DNA of 63,669 bases, filler included, from Octopus bimaculoides (taxonomy: Eukaryota): the NCBI RefSeq assembly GCF_001194135.2. It is 6 parts of 6 records of this genome, joined end to end, with 100 filler letters (N's around TTAATTAATTAA, not from the genome) between each part and the next. Parts side by side here need not be neighbours in the genome. Positions count along the whole stretch, not along the records: positions 1 to 29,382 come from NC_068987.1; 5 more parts are not named here. One strand, written 5' to 3'. Positions 12,400 to 23,919 of the stretch are shown in pieces; within the stretch, counting starts at the first letter, position 1, and each line of letters begins with the position of its first letter. Position numbers and translations under genes: made by a program. The notes under the pieces were generated by a model, which was not told where the DNA came from, did no database searches, and saw nothing but the letters and a program-made list of their open reading frames with translations.

Positions 12400-15000
12400 C
12401 ATACTTCTGCCTACCTCCATACACACAATACTTGGCCATATGAATACTTTATCCTCGAGGCAGTGGACGTCTCAAGTAATAGAGAATTCATCCAGGCAAT
12501 CTGAGCGATGTTTTTCACGTTCAGGCTTGTCTCCAAGTAGCATAATTCCGATCCAAACGATCATACTTCTTTTCCTTCAGTACTTTCTAAAATGTAGCTC
12601 AACTATTTTTGATGGTTCTTCTTTGCTTATTCCAGCATTGCAAACGGCTCTATTGGCCTCATTCGGGGAGAGACCTGCTATCTGTTGACCAACCACTTCC
12701 CCTACAACATCACTAGTTCTTGTGGCAATTCTCACCCAGCTTCTCGTACTTCACGCTCTTCTTCTCTTTCGTCCCTTCCATGCTCTCATTCTAAGTCACC
12801 ACAAACTCGAATAGTATTAGTTACCTTGTAGCATGAAAATGGCATCAGGCATCAGCCTGATTTGGATAATATGTGATGGAATTTTAAATGCTCTTCCAAG
12901 TCATCTTGCGTCAGCCAGTCTTGTGGCACTAGACACAAACCATCGGGGATCTTCTTAGATATTCTACTGAACACTTTTATTCCTTAATAAATGCTATCTT
13001 TCTGGCTATAGTGTGGTCGTTTATGCAATACCTCATCTCCATGCTTGTTGCCGCCGTTGTAAATTTGATGATCCTGTCATGTTTTCAGTAATAGCTTCCT
13101 TCATTTACTACCTTAGAGTAAGGTCTTGTAATACGGTCACTTTTGGTACACAAAGCTTACGCGAGCGTTTTCATCACTCCACACAGAAATGATGTACTAC
13201 GGAGAACATCAAAAATATCCTCCACTTTCAGAGGATATTCACTCTGTTTCCTGCTATATCCCCAATGAAGAACGCACCCCATCTACACAAGTCGCTGCCA
13301 CCCCTCTCTGCTGGCCATGTTGTTGTAATAGTAGTTCTCTCAATTCCGAGTTAGGCCCTTCTCTGTGTCACATTCCCAAGAAGCTTCTTGTGCTTCAGCC
13401 ACTCCCCTGCTGCCGGACTGTTTTCCCTCCTTCCAGTTTTTCCTGCATCAAGCACTTTCATGTGTCTTGACTCGGTGTAGCAGGTATTATGAAAGTAAGT
13501 CACATGTATCTTTTCTTGATACAACAATATTGAGGTCTGAACAAGATACAACTTCCTTATAACATATTACCAACCATACTTCGTGGCAAATTCAGCGATC
13601 TGCGAGATTGACTGCTCTTAATGTGCGCCAGCCCCACCATTAATATTACAGAAACTCTTCGGAGCATTCTGTTGTTCACCCAAACATAGAATGCTCCACA
13701 CAAAGCAAGCTACGCATAAGTTCCCGACCAGTTCTCTAGGATTAGAAATCCAGGAATCAAGTAATCTGCACAAAACATGAATATCTGTATTCTAAAATAT
13801 TTCCAGAAGGTCGATGATTTCCTATATAAATTCTTGCGAAATATTTGTTTAAAGCATTTGCTAGAGAATGATGAGAATCAAAACGGTGATACTATGATTC
13901 CTGAATTGTTGATAGTTGCTAAACAACTTTACTAAGTGTTCTCTCCAACGTAAGTGACAATACATTTGTATTTAATGCTAGGAGAATATCTGTTGAGCAG
14001 TGAATTTTAAACCAAATACAGAATGACAAGATGTGTTTCTAATCCATTAAGGAAAGTAGGGTATCAACAAATATTTCGAGGCAATGGCTCATACGCCCAC
14101 ACTGTTATATTTCGATGTGAGGCGAAATCCTTCCAAAACATCATGAATGAACTTCCCACGTGCTGAAATTAGTCATCTGATACTCAAATATTAAACAATA
14201 TCTCAAACAATGTACGCAACCTAAATCACAGAACATAGAACGTCTACAAACTACGGAAGCAGATAAGGCATAGGGGATATTCTGGGATTTAAGATGGTGT
14301 ATGCATGTCCCTAGTGGAATATCCATTTGAGAATTAATTCAGGTGTTTCCGGTAGCCGCACTTCAACTGAAGAGTGCCGCCAAATCAGATCTTAGCATGG
14401 TTCCGATTTGCATTTATACACGACATTATAGCGTATGCAAAATCCATCTGAACGATATAGATGTGATGCCTGACAATTGGAGCTTTCCCCGCTAGCAGTG
14501 GTCTTAGGATCTAAACTGGTTCATATGATTTGTTTTCCTCGGGTTAAGACTGGGGGTGTTATCGTTGCTACTATGGAGCAGGGAGAGGGCGTGATGGCTA
14601 ACATATGTGGCAAGATTACTAGTTCAAGGCACGATGGTACTAGAGTTGCTATTCCTGAAATGTGTAAGATTTCCGAAGCTCACATTATAATTTAACGTGG
14701 GGTCTAGGTAGAGAGTTCGCAGAACGCATAGGAAGGCGGCTAAATTTGCGCCTATAGGACGAAACAGTTATAGGTTGCAATTTGGGGGTTGTAAATTACG
14801 AGATTGTAATCGAAGGTTTATGGAATATAGAGTAGTATTTACGGAGTGGTTGAAAATTGGAGCTTAGTGTTTTGAAAAATTGCTTAGGTAAAGATTTGAC
14901 CTGGATAGGGCAAACCACACAATACTAACTACTGTGTTTGTAAGTTCTGCTGCAGTGAATCATTTGCTATTCTTCGCGATCTTAATACCTGGTTACTTAA
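12400..15000 (-). mobile_element. Possible highly decayed non-LTR retroelement, family unresolved
   Basis: Non-simple sequence of higher GC with only weak LINE-like hints on the minus strand (IVQMDFAYA near 14450; LSRSNLYLS...TFDYNLV near 14800-14910); no intact motif. Confidence 0.2.
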
Positions 15001-15487
15001 TAGATTTTCTGACGTAATCTTCTCGTGTAAGAACAACTTTTTTTTATTCCAATTTGGCCCATTATATAAAACCTTTCTAATTTCTCCTAACTATGGTTAA
15101 GCCGTTATTTATTAATTAGATTTGCTAGAAGCGTTTTGTTTGTCCAATATTCTTGCAAAATGTTTTACCTGCCTCAGCTACTTCCCTTCTCCACTACTAC
15201 CACCATTATTCCTTCCATTCATTGCTTATCTATTTTCCGCTCACTGTCTCGCAGCTGACTTCCCTTACATATTTACTGAGTGTTCGTTCACTAGACGGTA
15301 TTTTCCGAGTATTTTTTTGTCGCTGAAATTCCAACATCAAACAGTGACACCATGTAACCTTTCTCAACAGATTGCAGCCCACCTAACGGTAACGAAATCT
15401 TTTATTCTAATTTCCACTAGATAACGAAAAACATCACCTCCTGCTTTGAAACTTTAAGTACTGCGGAATTTGAATGAAACTGCTCTG

Positions 15488-15518
<31 letters not shown>

Positions 15519-16839
15519 CGAGTGATTGGACAAACGAAGAAGAGTTTCAAGCATGATACTAGTGCTCAGTCATTTTCAACTTCGACGTCAGAAGTTGGTT
15601 ATTATTACCGTAAGGTGAGCTGCGATTGGTCGATGAAGGTCACGCGGTGTCGTGGTTTTATGCTGGTATATGGGTAACAGTTAGATAGAAAATACCGCAT
15701 GGAGAACAAGAAATTAACAAGGTGGTGGACAGGAAAGTCAAGAGTACCAACAAATTTCAATCAAACTGCAAAGATATGATAAAGCTAAGGCTGTGAGGAG
15801 TTTTCGAGACATTTATAAGGAAAGAGATATAGATATATTCTTACAGTTGTTTCTGGGATATTATGGATATCCCTTTATCAGAGACGATGTGAGATGGTTA
15901 AATAGAGGTAAATGTTTGAGTTCGAAAAAGGAATTATTCTGGAAAAGGTGGATATAGGGAACATAGAGGGAAATAAGAGAATGAAAGTAGAAGTAAAATA
16001 TAAAGCATTGTAGTTGCAGTTCTACTATTCAACTAAAGTGATCTATAGAAGTGGTAAACAATTTTCCAGTACATTATATATATATATATAAACAAAAACA
16101 ACAAATGGATTACTGTTATTATTATTATTCATCTATCACCTATCTCGGGACCCGGAATTCGTTTGCATCTAGAGTCTGTGGACGGTGGTGCAATAGTTGC
16201 AGTGAGTAAATCCATGTGTAACCTTGATGATTCGTTGTATATTCAATCACCGATTTATGAATGTGTGAATAACTGGACTACAAATCCGTGTTTCCTGTAG
16301 TTAGTACGTTTTTGTCCTTCTACCGTATCTGTACACGTTTACAACATCACTGACGTCCCCTTGGTGTTTTCACTATTTAAGTACCTGATTCATGTCAGTC
16401 CTGGATATTTTTTATTTATATAACCCAAGACATCAAGGTGCGGCATGCACTCGGAGGTTTTGTGATTGACTACTTAATTACTTAAGTATATTTTGATGAA
16501 AAATATCTCAGTTAAGCAAACATTGCTGTTTCTTTTTTTATATATAATGCACTATTTTATTTGTTCCAACACATACAATACTTTTCTCTGCGTTGAAATA
16601 TATGCATCTTTTTAAATGTGTTCTTTAAAATGATAAAAAACAACGCTTTTCAAGATTTATCCATTTTTGTTATTAAAAGTCTTTATATTTATGAAAAATC
16701 CATTACTAAGAAACAGAATTACAGGAGAATGGAATAAAGCGTCTCATCAAACTACGGTTTAAGCGCAATTTTTCAAATTATAAATGCATTCAATCGTAAC
16801 CATATCCTATTTAATAATTCAGCGTCCATTTTATTTAGG

Positions 16840-17020
16840 TTGCACACACCGCAAGGTTCACGTGCAATAGGTGTACAGAGGCAGTTTCCGCGTGGTTTCA
16901 AGATTGTCGATAGGATAAGCGTCGGAAGGCGACATCGACGATGCGTAGACGATTTACGTAATATATTTAAACTTTGAGAAAATAGGACACAGTCAGGTAA
17001 GAACTGGGAGCTCATTGTAA
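16840..17020 (+). mobile_element. Possible RTE-like LINE 3' remnant
   Basis: Plus-strand translation FPRGFKIVDRISVGRRHRRCVDDLR resembles the RTE C-terminal 'PR..KR..GRP..RW.DDL' motif; degraded. Confidence 0.3.
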
Positions 17021-17109
17021 CAACATCCAATAATCTAGTAGGTACAGGATATGCGAGGATATACACATATATGCATTGATATTTCCGTATATGCGCATTT
17101 ATATATGTA

Positions 17110-18105
17110 TATATATATATATCAGTAATGCATAGATGTAACCACACTCGCCCACTCTCAGACACGTATATATGCACACATACACATACATACACATATA
17201 TATGTATTCGTACGCATATACAGATACGTGCTCTCACATACGCGTACATATTCCCTTTTGTTTATAAGCCCGTTTAAATATACACACACACACATATGTA
17301 TATATCTATACTTCTGTGTATATATATATATTCTCATATACATCANNNNNNNNNNNNNNNNNNNNNNNNNNNNNNNNNNNNNNNNNNNNNNNNNNNNNNN
17401 NNNNNNNNNNNNNNNNNNNNNNNNNNNNNNNNNNNNNNNNNNNNNNNNNNNNNNNNNNNNNNNNNNNNNNNNNNNNNNNNNNNNNNNNNNNNNNNNNNNN
17501 NNNNNNNNNNNNNNNNNNNNNNNNNNNNNNNNNNNNNNNNNNNNNNNNNNNNNNNNNNNNNNNNNNNNNNNNNNNNNNNNNNNNNNNNNNNNNNNNNNNN
17601 NNNNNNNNNNNNNNNNNNNNNNNNNNNNNNNNNNNNNNNNNNNNNNNNNNNNNNNNNNNNNNNNNNNNNNNNNNNNNNNNNNNNNNNNNNNNNNNNNNNN
17701 NNNNNNNNNNNNNNNNNNNNNNNNNNNNNNNNNNNNNNNNTATATATATATATACACATATGTATGTATATATGTATGTATACATACCTACATACATATG
17801 TATGTATGTAGGTATGTATGTATGTATGTATGTATGTATGTATGTATAGATAAATATCTCTCTTTATGTATATATATATATATCAGTAATGCATAGATGT
17901 AACCACACTCGCCCACTCTCAGACACGTATATATGCACACATACACATACATACACATATATATGTATTCGTACGCATATACAGATACGTGCTCTCACAT
18001 ACGCGTACATATTCCCTTTTGTTTATAAGCCCGTTTAAATATACACACACACACATATGTATATATCTATACTTCTGTGTATATATATATATTCTCATAT
18101 ACATC
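17110..18105. repeat. Essentially exact ~235-bp direct duplication flanking an N gap, probably a false duplication from assembly
   Basis: 17110-17345 (tatcagtaatgcatagatg...ttctcatatacatca) reappears at ~17870-18105 across gap 17346-17740. Confidence 0.7.
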
Positions 18106-18851
18106 AAATAGAGGAATCTTATTAAGTTTGTTTATTACGTTATCAATCGAACGCGCAATTAAATATCACCCAGCAACAGAAGTATTTAAACAAACACTTT
18201 TCTACATAAATTACCAATTTTCCTTTCTACTTAAGATATCCTACCAAACAAAAAGGTTTGTGTATTTGGCATGATTCTTAAATGCATCAGGAATTATATG
18301 TGTAATATATCAACACACTAGCAAACACACACGGTCGCATAATTACACAGATTCACATACACACTCACTCATAATTGCACAGATTCTCATAGACACGCAC
18401 ACACACACGAGCGCACACACATGCGCAGACATAGACACACACACACGCACACACCCGCACACACTCACTCATACACACACACAGTGTCTACCCATACATA
18501 CACGAATATGTGCACGTACATATGCATTTTATTTAAAATTTAACACTACGAAAGTTTCAGTCTCTGATCATAATAGGTTGCAGTTCTAAAGTTTAATTTA
18601 CAGCTTTGTCGCGTAAATATATATATATCTATATATGGAAGTTCACCTCTTCTAACTAGCTTCTTATACGTATGAAACATTAAGTAATATTATATTATAT
18701 TGCCTTTCTTGACTAAAACGCGAAAACGAAATTTGTAATTAGTTAGTCAATCAGAGATGGTCTACGAAAGGAACTGCTATATATTTATGCATTTCTCTGT
18801 CTCATTCTAATTCCCTCTGTCTCTTTCTCTCTGTCTTTCACTCTCTGTATG

Positions 18852-18907
<56 letters not shown>

Positions 18908-19098
18908 ACTATCTACATTATCTCCTTTTCCATATATGTATATGTACCCACATATGCATCTGTATATACATGTAGATGTAGGTATATACATATATGTATG
19001 TATATATGCATATGCTCACATATCATTTGTATGTATATATANNNNNNNNNNNNNNNNNNNNNNNNNNNNNNNNNNNNNNNNNNNNNNNNNNNNNNNNN

Positions 19099-19136
<38 letters not shown>

Positions 19137-19152
19137 ATACATACATAACTAT

Positions 19153-19297
19153 ACATCACAACATGCCAAAGCACATACCCAAGGCACACAGAGTTGCGCT
19201 CGGTAGGGCAGTGAAAGCACGTGATAAAAATAAGACTAGTGAATAATAACAACAACAGCAACAACAATAATAAAAATAACAATGAATATAATAATAA
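19153..19297 (+). mobile_element. R4/Dong-like LINE 3' end with (AAT/AAC)n tail
   Basis: gcacatacccaaggcacacagagttgcgctcggtagggcagtgaaagcacg matches the 3' UTR that follows the LINE ORF end at 28650-28780. Confidence 0.7.
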
Positions 19298-19324
19298 ATG
19301 AAGTACACACCTCACCAACACATA

Positions 19325-19427
19325 GGCTCGAAACGTAAAAGACTTTCCCACTTCTCGAGCGTTAAACTAATACATCTGCTTGTTGTTTACACACCTGTCT
19401 TTGTCTTTTGTTTTTCCTAAATTCTCT
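19325..19427 (+). repeat. Penelope-like terminal-repeat remnant with the 3' half of a hammerhead-like motif
   Basis: gctc-gaaa-cg-ta-aaagact (GAAA, palindromic ACGT, GUA triplet) followed by ttcccacttctcgagcgttaaactaatacatc; no CUGANGA half is present. Confidence 0.3.
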
Positions 19428-19452
19428 TTATATATATATACACTACACACAA

Positions 19453-19496
<44 letters not shown>

Positions 19497-19667
19497 CGAT
19501 ACCTAATTTATGTAAATATATATTGCGATTGAACACCGACTAAAAGATAGTCATAATTAATATATATAATGTAATACTTCCGTATGGTTATTATTTTTTT
19601 TCTCTAGCGATCGAAACCGATCCATTTTCCAGTTGCATTATATAATTTATTGTTATTGCATAATATA

Positions 19668-19969
19668 ACTGAAACAATTCATAGTAGGCGCATTAGGTAT
19701 GATAAAAACATATTCAGAGAAATACATAACTAAAACATGAGGACCACCAAGTATATATAACATACAAAAATAGCACTACAAGGCACCGTACACATTCTAC
19801 GTAAAATACTTTCAATGCAATAAAAATAAGAGCATCACAACAAGCCACAGCACATACCCAAGGCACACAGAGCTGCGCTCATTAGGGCAGTGAAAGCACG
19901 TGTTAAAAGTAAGACTATTGACTAACAACAACATCAACAACAATAATAATAACAATGATAATAATAATA
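19668..19969 (+). mobile_element. R4/Dong-like LINE 3' fragment (ORF C-terminus + 3' UTR + tail)
   Basis: Clear nucleotide similarity to 28490-28780 (gaaacaattc...taggtatgataaaaacatattcagagaaatacataac...cagcacatacccaaggcacacagagctgcgctc). Confidence 0.75.
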
Positions 19970-20214
19970 AATGAAGCACACCTCAACAACGAATAAAAGC
20001 AGCAAGTGAAGAAATAGAAAGTTAATTGACACTACCACATGTCGAATAATAATAGTACTGACTACGATAGTGACGAATGTTACGGAGAGCCCTTCTCTTA
20101 AATGTCCAACCTTATTTTCACTCTTACAATCAGAATTTCTAGGCAAACACATGCCTCTCGTAAACTTTAATTGGACCTTAACTGATGGGCCATTTGCAGT
20201 TTATCTTAATAGAT

Positions 20215-20392
20215 CACCATGTCGTGCGTACACATAGGCTTATGTTGCATGAGCCTAGTGTACTTTTATCAGACGGGTTGTCATGATTGGTGATTTTTGG
20301 CTTTGTATACCTGTGCCCTAGTGTCAGATTGATGGAATGCACCACTCTCTCACTCAATAATAATAATAATAAATAGAGTAAAAATGATAATA
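20215..20392 (+). mobile_element. 3' end of a retroposon (SINE/LINE tail) ending in (AAT)n
   Basis: ...ttatcagacgggttgtcatgattgg...gatggaatgcaccactctctcactc followed by aataataataat; resembles an octopus retroposon tail recalled from memory. Confidence 0.45.
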
Positions 20393-20730
20393 TCAATTCT
20401 CACTGTGAACATTTTCCAAAACAGGAAACCCCACAAAACCAGGAACGCCCTGAAAATTCGGGCAAGTGTCTTCTCTACATCTTCCTTCAAACCGCAGCCA
20501 CATGCTTAGAGAAAACCCGTTCACTTGGATCATGCATGCTGCATTCACCCTGCTTTCAATGAAATTGCTGGGAGGCTGGATACACCTCTTTAACCTCCCT
20601 TATAAATTAAAACTTGAAATAGTTGATGAGATATGGCTAAAAAGGAAGTATAATAATTACAACACGAATATGAATGATGATGAGGACGACGACAACGACG
20701 ACGGTGGTGGTGATGATAATGATTATAGTA

Positions 20731-20765
<35 letters not shown>

Positions 20766-20772
20766 ATGTAAC

Positions 20773-21425
20773 TTAAAAGTTGATGACAGCTTGACCGTAG
20801 AGCAAGGTGTCTTTCCTCAATCCTTTGAACTCGTCCACCAAACCGCATGCATTTCCATGGCCTCTAGACAGAAGAAGAACTCTGATCTGTATTGTTCAAA
20901 GTAGGTAGATGAGTGCTCGTTAGGATGGATTCGGTCGACTGTAGGATACGTCCCACACGTGATAACAGCTGTTCTACATAACTTCACATGTCAGCAATAC
21001 TTGGAGTCTGAACGGGAGCATACAGAGCCGTTTCATTACTCCGAGTGCTTCTCGGACAATCCAGCTTGATAGTCTTCGTGCCTGTAGAATGTGTCCCGAG
21101 GTAGCGCCTCTTCACTAAAACTCTCAGCGACTTTTTTAAGTTACACTTGGAAAGGAAAATCAGGATTGAGAAAGAAGTGGTACCTCCAGTGAAATGGTGA
21201 AATGATGGGTGACTATGGCAAAAATGTTGATGGAGGATTGCCCTACTCTAAGTGCGCACGTGTAGATTGAAGAGCGTGAGAGAGTTCTTGCTTTTGGTAG
21301 TCAGGGATCTGGATTTCGTTGATTGGCCCTAGTGGAATTTTTTTCTGTATCAAGAGGACTGCATCCTTTTCTGCATCGTTATCCCATACTTTGTTTACTG
21401 TAAATACTTTTATTGCATTTAACCT
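20773..21425. mobile_element. Tx1/L1-type LINE 3' fragment with an inverted 5' segment
   Basis: Minus strand ~21120 to 20773 reads CPRSTRSNETALYAPVQTPSIADM*SYVEQLLSRVGRI...VWWT...YGQAVI (zinc-knuckle C-terminal region, frameshifted); plus strand from ~21121 continues SDFFKLHLERKIRIEKEVV into a 3' UTR. Confidence 0.55.
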
Positions 21426-21925
21426 ATATTACATTTCTTTCTCCCGACCATTTGTGTAAATCATCATACATTTTGTTGTTTTTCCTGATGATGTCCCCCT
21501 TATTTATGCCCCTGCGTTTAATAAAAGAAATTATATGATCATCAAAATCCTTATTATTGTTGTTGCCAAACTTATTTAGAACTTTGGTACTATTCCAGCT
21601 ATTTTCAGGGGCGAACATTGGCCAATGCCACTGCGTGGCTGGTACTTTGTTTTATCGAACTCGAAATACTGAAAGGTAGATTCGACATCGCAGAATTTGA
21701 AACCAGAAAACAAAAAGGCGTTATCTTGTCCGACGCACTTCCGCTTCTGCAGTCTCAATGTCAAAATAATAATTGTAGGAAGAAGAAAATAATGAAAAGG
21801 ATAAATGCAATAACGATTATAGTAATTTTATGAATGGTAATATGTTTAATTACTATTTCATTAAATATTATAATGTTAACAATAAAACCAACAAAATGAC
21901 CATTAATAATAATAATAAATAAAAC

Positions 21926-22120
21926 GGCGATCTGGCAGAATCGTTAGAACGCCGAGCAAAATGATTAGCGGCATTTCGCTCGTCTACACGTTCCGACTTC
22001 AAGTCCGGCCGAGGTCGACTTTGGCTTTCATCGTTTCAGGATCGATAAAATAAGTACCAGTGTTACTCTGGTGTCAATGCCTACCTCAAAACTGCTGGCC
22101 TTGTGCCAAAACTTGAAACC
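21926..22120 (+). mobile_element. tRNA-derived SINE (family A)
   Basis: ggcgatctggcagaatcgttag (A-box-like)...gacttcaagtcc (B-box-like)...gaggtcgactttggctttcatc...gataaaataagtaccag...ctggccttgtgccaaaacttgaaac; homologous copies at 45717, 49899 and 61967. Confidence 0.8.
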
Positions 22121-22250
22121 ATTTACAATACTAATAGTAATGGAAACAATTGCAGTAAATGTATTTCTGATATAATTAGGAGAAAATATTCGGAGTCGAT
22201 AAAACAAGTGCCAGTTGATCACATCTTCAGGTTAATTTTTCAAAATATTT

Positions 22251-22786
22251 TTCAGCTATTTTAAATCACCATAAAAATTAAGAATTAAAAATTATAAATC
22301 ATAAATTATAAATATAAATTAGCATACATATATCAAACTTAAAATGTCAAATGTAGAATGTCAAATATACAATTATAAATCGGAATGAAGCGGTCTGTTA
22401 TTAAATGTAAAAATTAAAGACATCTTTATTTTTTACATCTAATCACAGACCTCTTCATTCTGATTTATAATTTTATATTTGACATTCTACATTTGACATT
22501 CTAAGTTTGATATATGTATGCTAATTTATATTTAGAATTTGTAATTTATAAGTTTTAATTCTTAATTGTGTAAAGTTTATGTATCTTTATTTTTTTACAT
22601 TTAATCACAGACCACTTCATTATGATTTATAATTTTATATTTGACATTCTATATTTGACATTCTAAGATTTATTATGTATGCTAATTTATATTTAGAATT
22701 TAGAATTTTTAATTCTTAATTTTGTAAAGTTTATTTTAAATTTTTAATTTAATGATTAATTGTTATGGTGATTTAAAATAACTGAA
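22251..22786. mobile_element. Foldback/MITE-like element with 24-bp TIRs and internal ~150-bp modules
   Basis: Left ttcagctattttaaatcaccataa (22251-22274) and right ttatggtgatttaaaataactgaa (22763-22786) are reverse complements with 1 mismatch; the internal module occurs once inverted (22274-22420) and twice direct (~22423-22578, ~22586-22735). Confidence 0.75.
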
Positions 22787-23166
22787 CATGGAGATGTGTT
22801 GACAGAATTATAAATCTGATGATTAAATATATTCTGATCTTCCAACACAGAAACACATGTTGTTCCTTTCTGATTATAATTTTAACTCAAGTAAGGGTTA
22901 ATTAAGGTGGTATATTTTATACCCTGCTATTATACTGATTTTATCCTCAAGTACTATTTCATGATGTGCATATAAATCCTACTAGTTTTCCATAATAAAT
23001 ACTCGTTATGTTCTTTTTGCATTATCTAAAATGGAATACCCACAAATCTATTGATTTAAATCCCAATAACTGAACTATATATATATATATATAAATTGAA
23101 AATTAGAGGTAATACTTGACAATTGTAAGCACCTGTGTATTCCAGCTAGTGGTTGCGGTGAAGGAA

Positions 23167-23883
23167 TAAATTGTAAATCCAAAGGAAAAAAATAACAACA
23201 AAACTACAAAGGATTCCGCGGTACATGCATGTAGATATGTACGTAGGTATGTATGTATGTATGTATGTATGTNNNNNNNNNNTAAATTGTAAATCCAAAG
23301 GAAAAAAATAACAACAAAACTACAAAGGATTCCGCGGTACATGCATGTAGATATGTACGTAGGTATGTATGTATGTATGTATGTATGTATTATGTATGCA
23401 TGTATGCATGTATGTATGTATGTATGTAGTTGGGTAGGTAGGTAGGAGGTAGGTAGGTAGGTAGGTAGGTAGGTAGGTAGCTAGGTAGCTAGGTAGATAG
23501 CTAGGTAGGTAGCTAGGTAGGTAGCTAAGTAGGTAGCTAGGTAGGTGGCTAGGTAGGTAGCTTGGTAGGTAGCAAGGTAGTATGGAAGGTTTTCGAAGGA
23601 CCGGAGAGATTATGTCCGGGTGGAGAATTATGCCAGATATAGTACTATACAAAATACCGAAAGGATCTTCATCTCTTACATCACACATTTCTTCTTACTT
23701 CAACGTCGAGATGGTATAATTTCCTGGGAGAGAGATAATTTTTGCGGCTGAAGATAGCTTTACATTGTAGATTATACACATATTATATTATGTTATATTA
23801 TATTATACACATGTAGAGCTTGAAACACGTGTACCGCGGAATCCTTTGTAGATTTGTTGTTATTTTTTTCCTTTGGATTTACA

Positions 23884-23888
<5 letters not shown>
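23167..23888. repeat. ~60-bp inverted repeat enclosing (TATG)n/(TAGG)n satellite; left arm duplicated across a small gap
   Basis: aattgtaaatccaaaggaaaaaaataacaacaaaactacaaaggattccgcggtaca at ~23169-23225 and ~23285-23341; its reverse complement at 23830-23887. The ORF track shows YRGILC(S/R)FVVIFFLWIYN on both strands. Confidence 0.65.

Positions 23889-23919
<31 letters not shown>

Noticed and set aside
23283-23345. Apparent tandem copy of the 60-bp arm
   Set aside because: It flanks a 10-N gap and is identical to 23167-23272, so it is most likely contig-end overlap.
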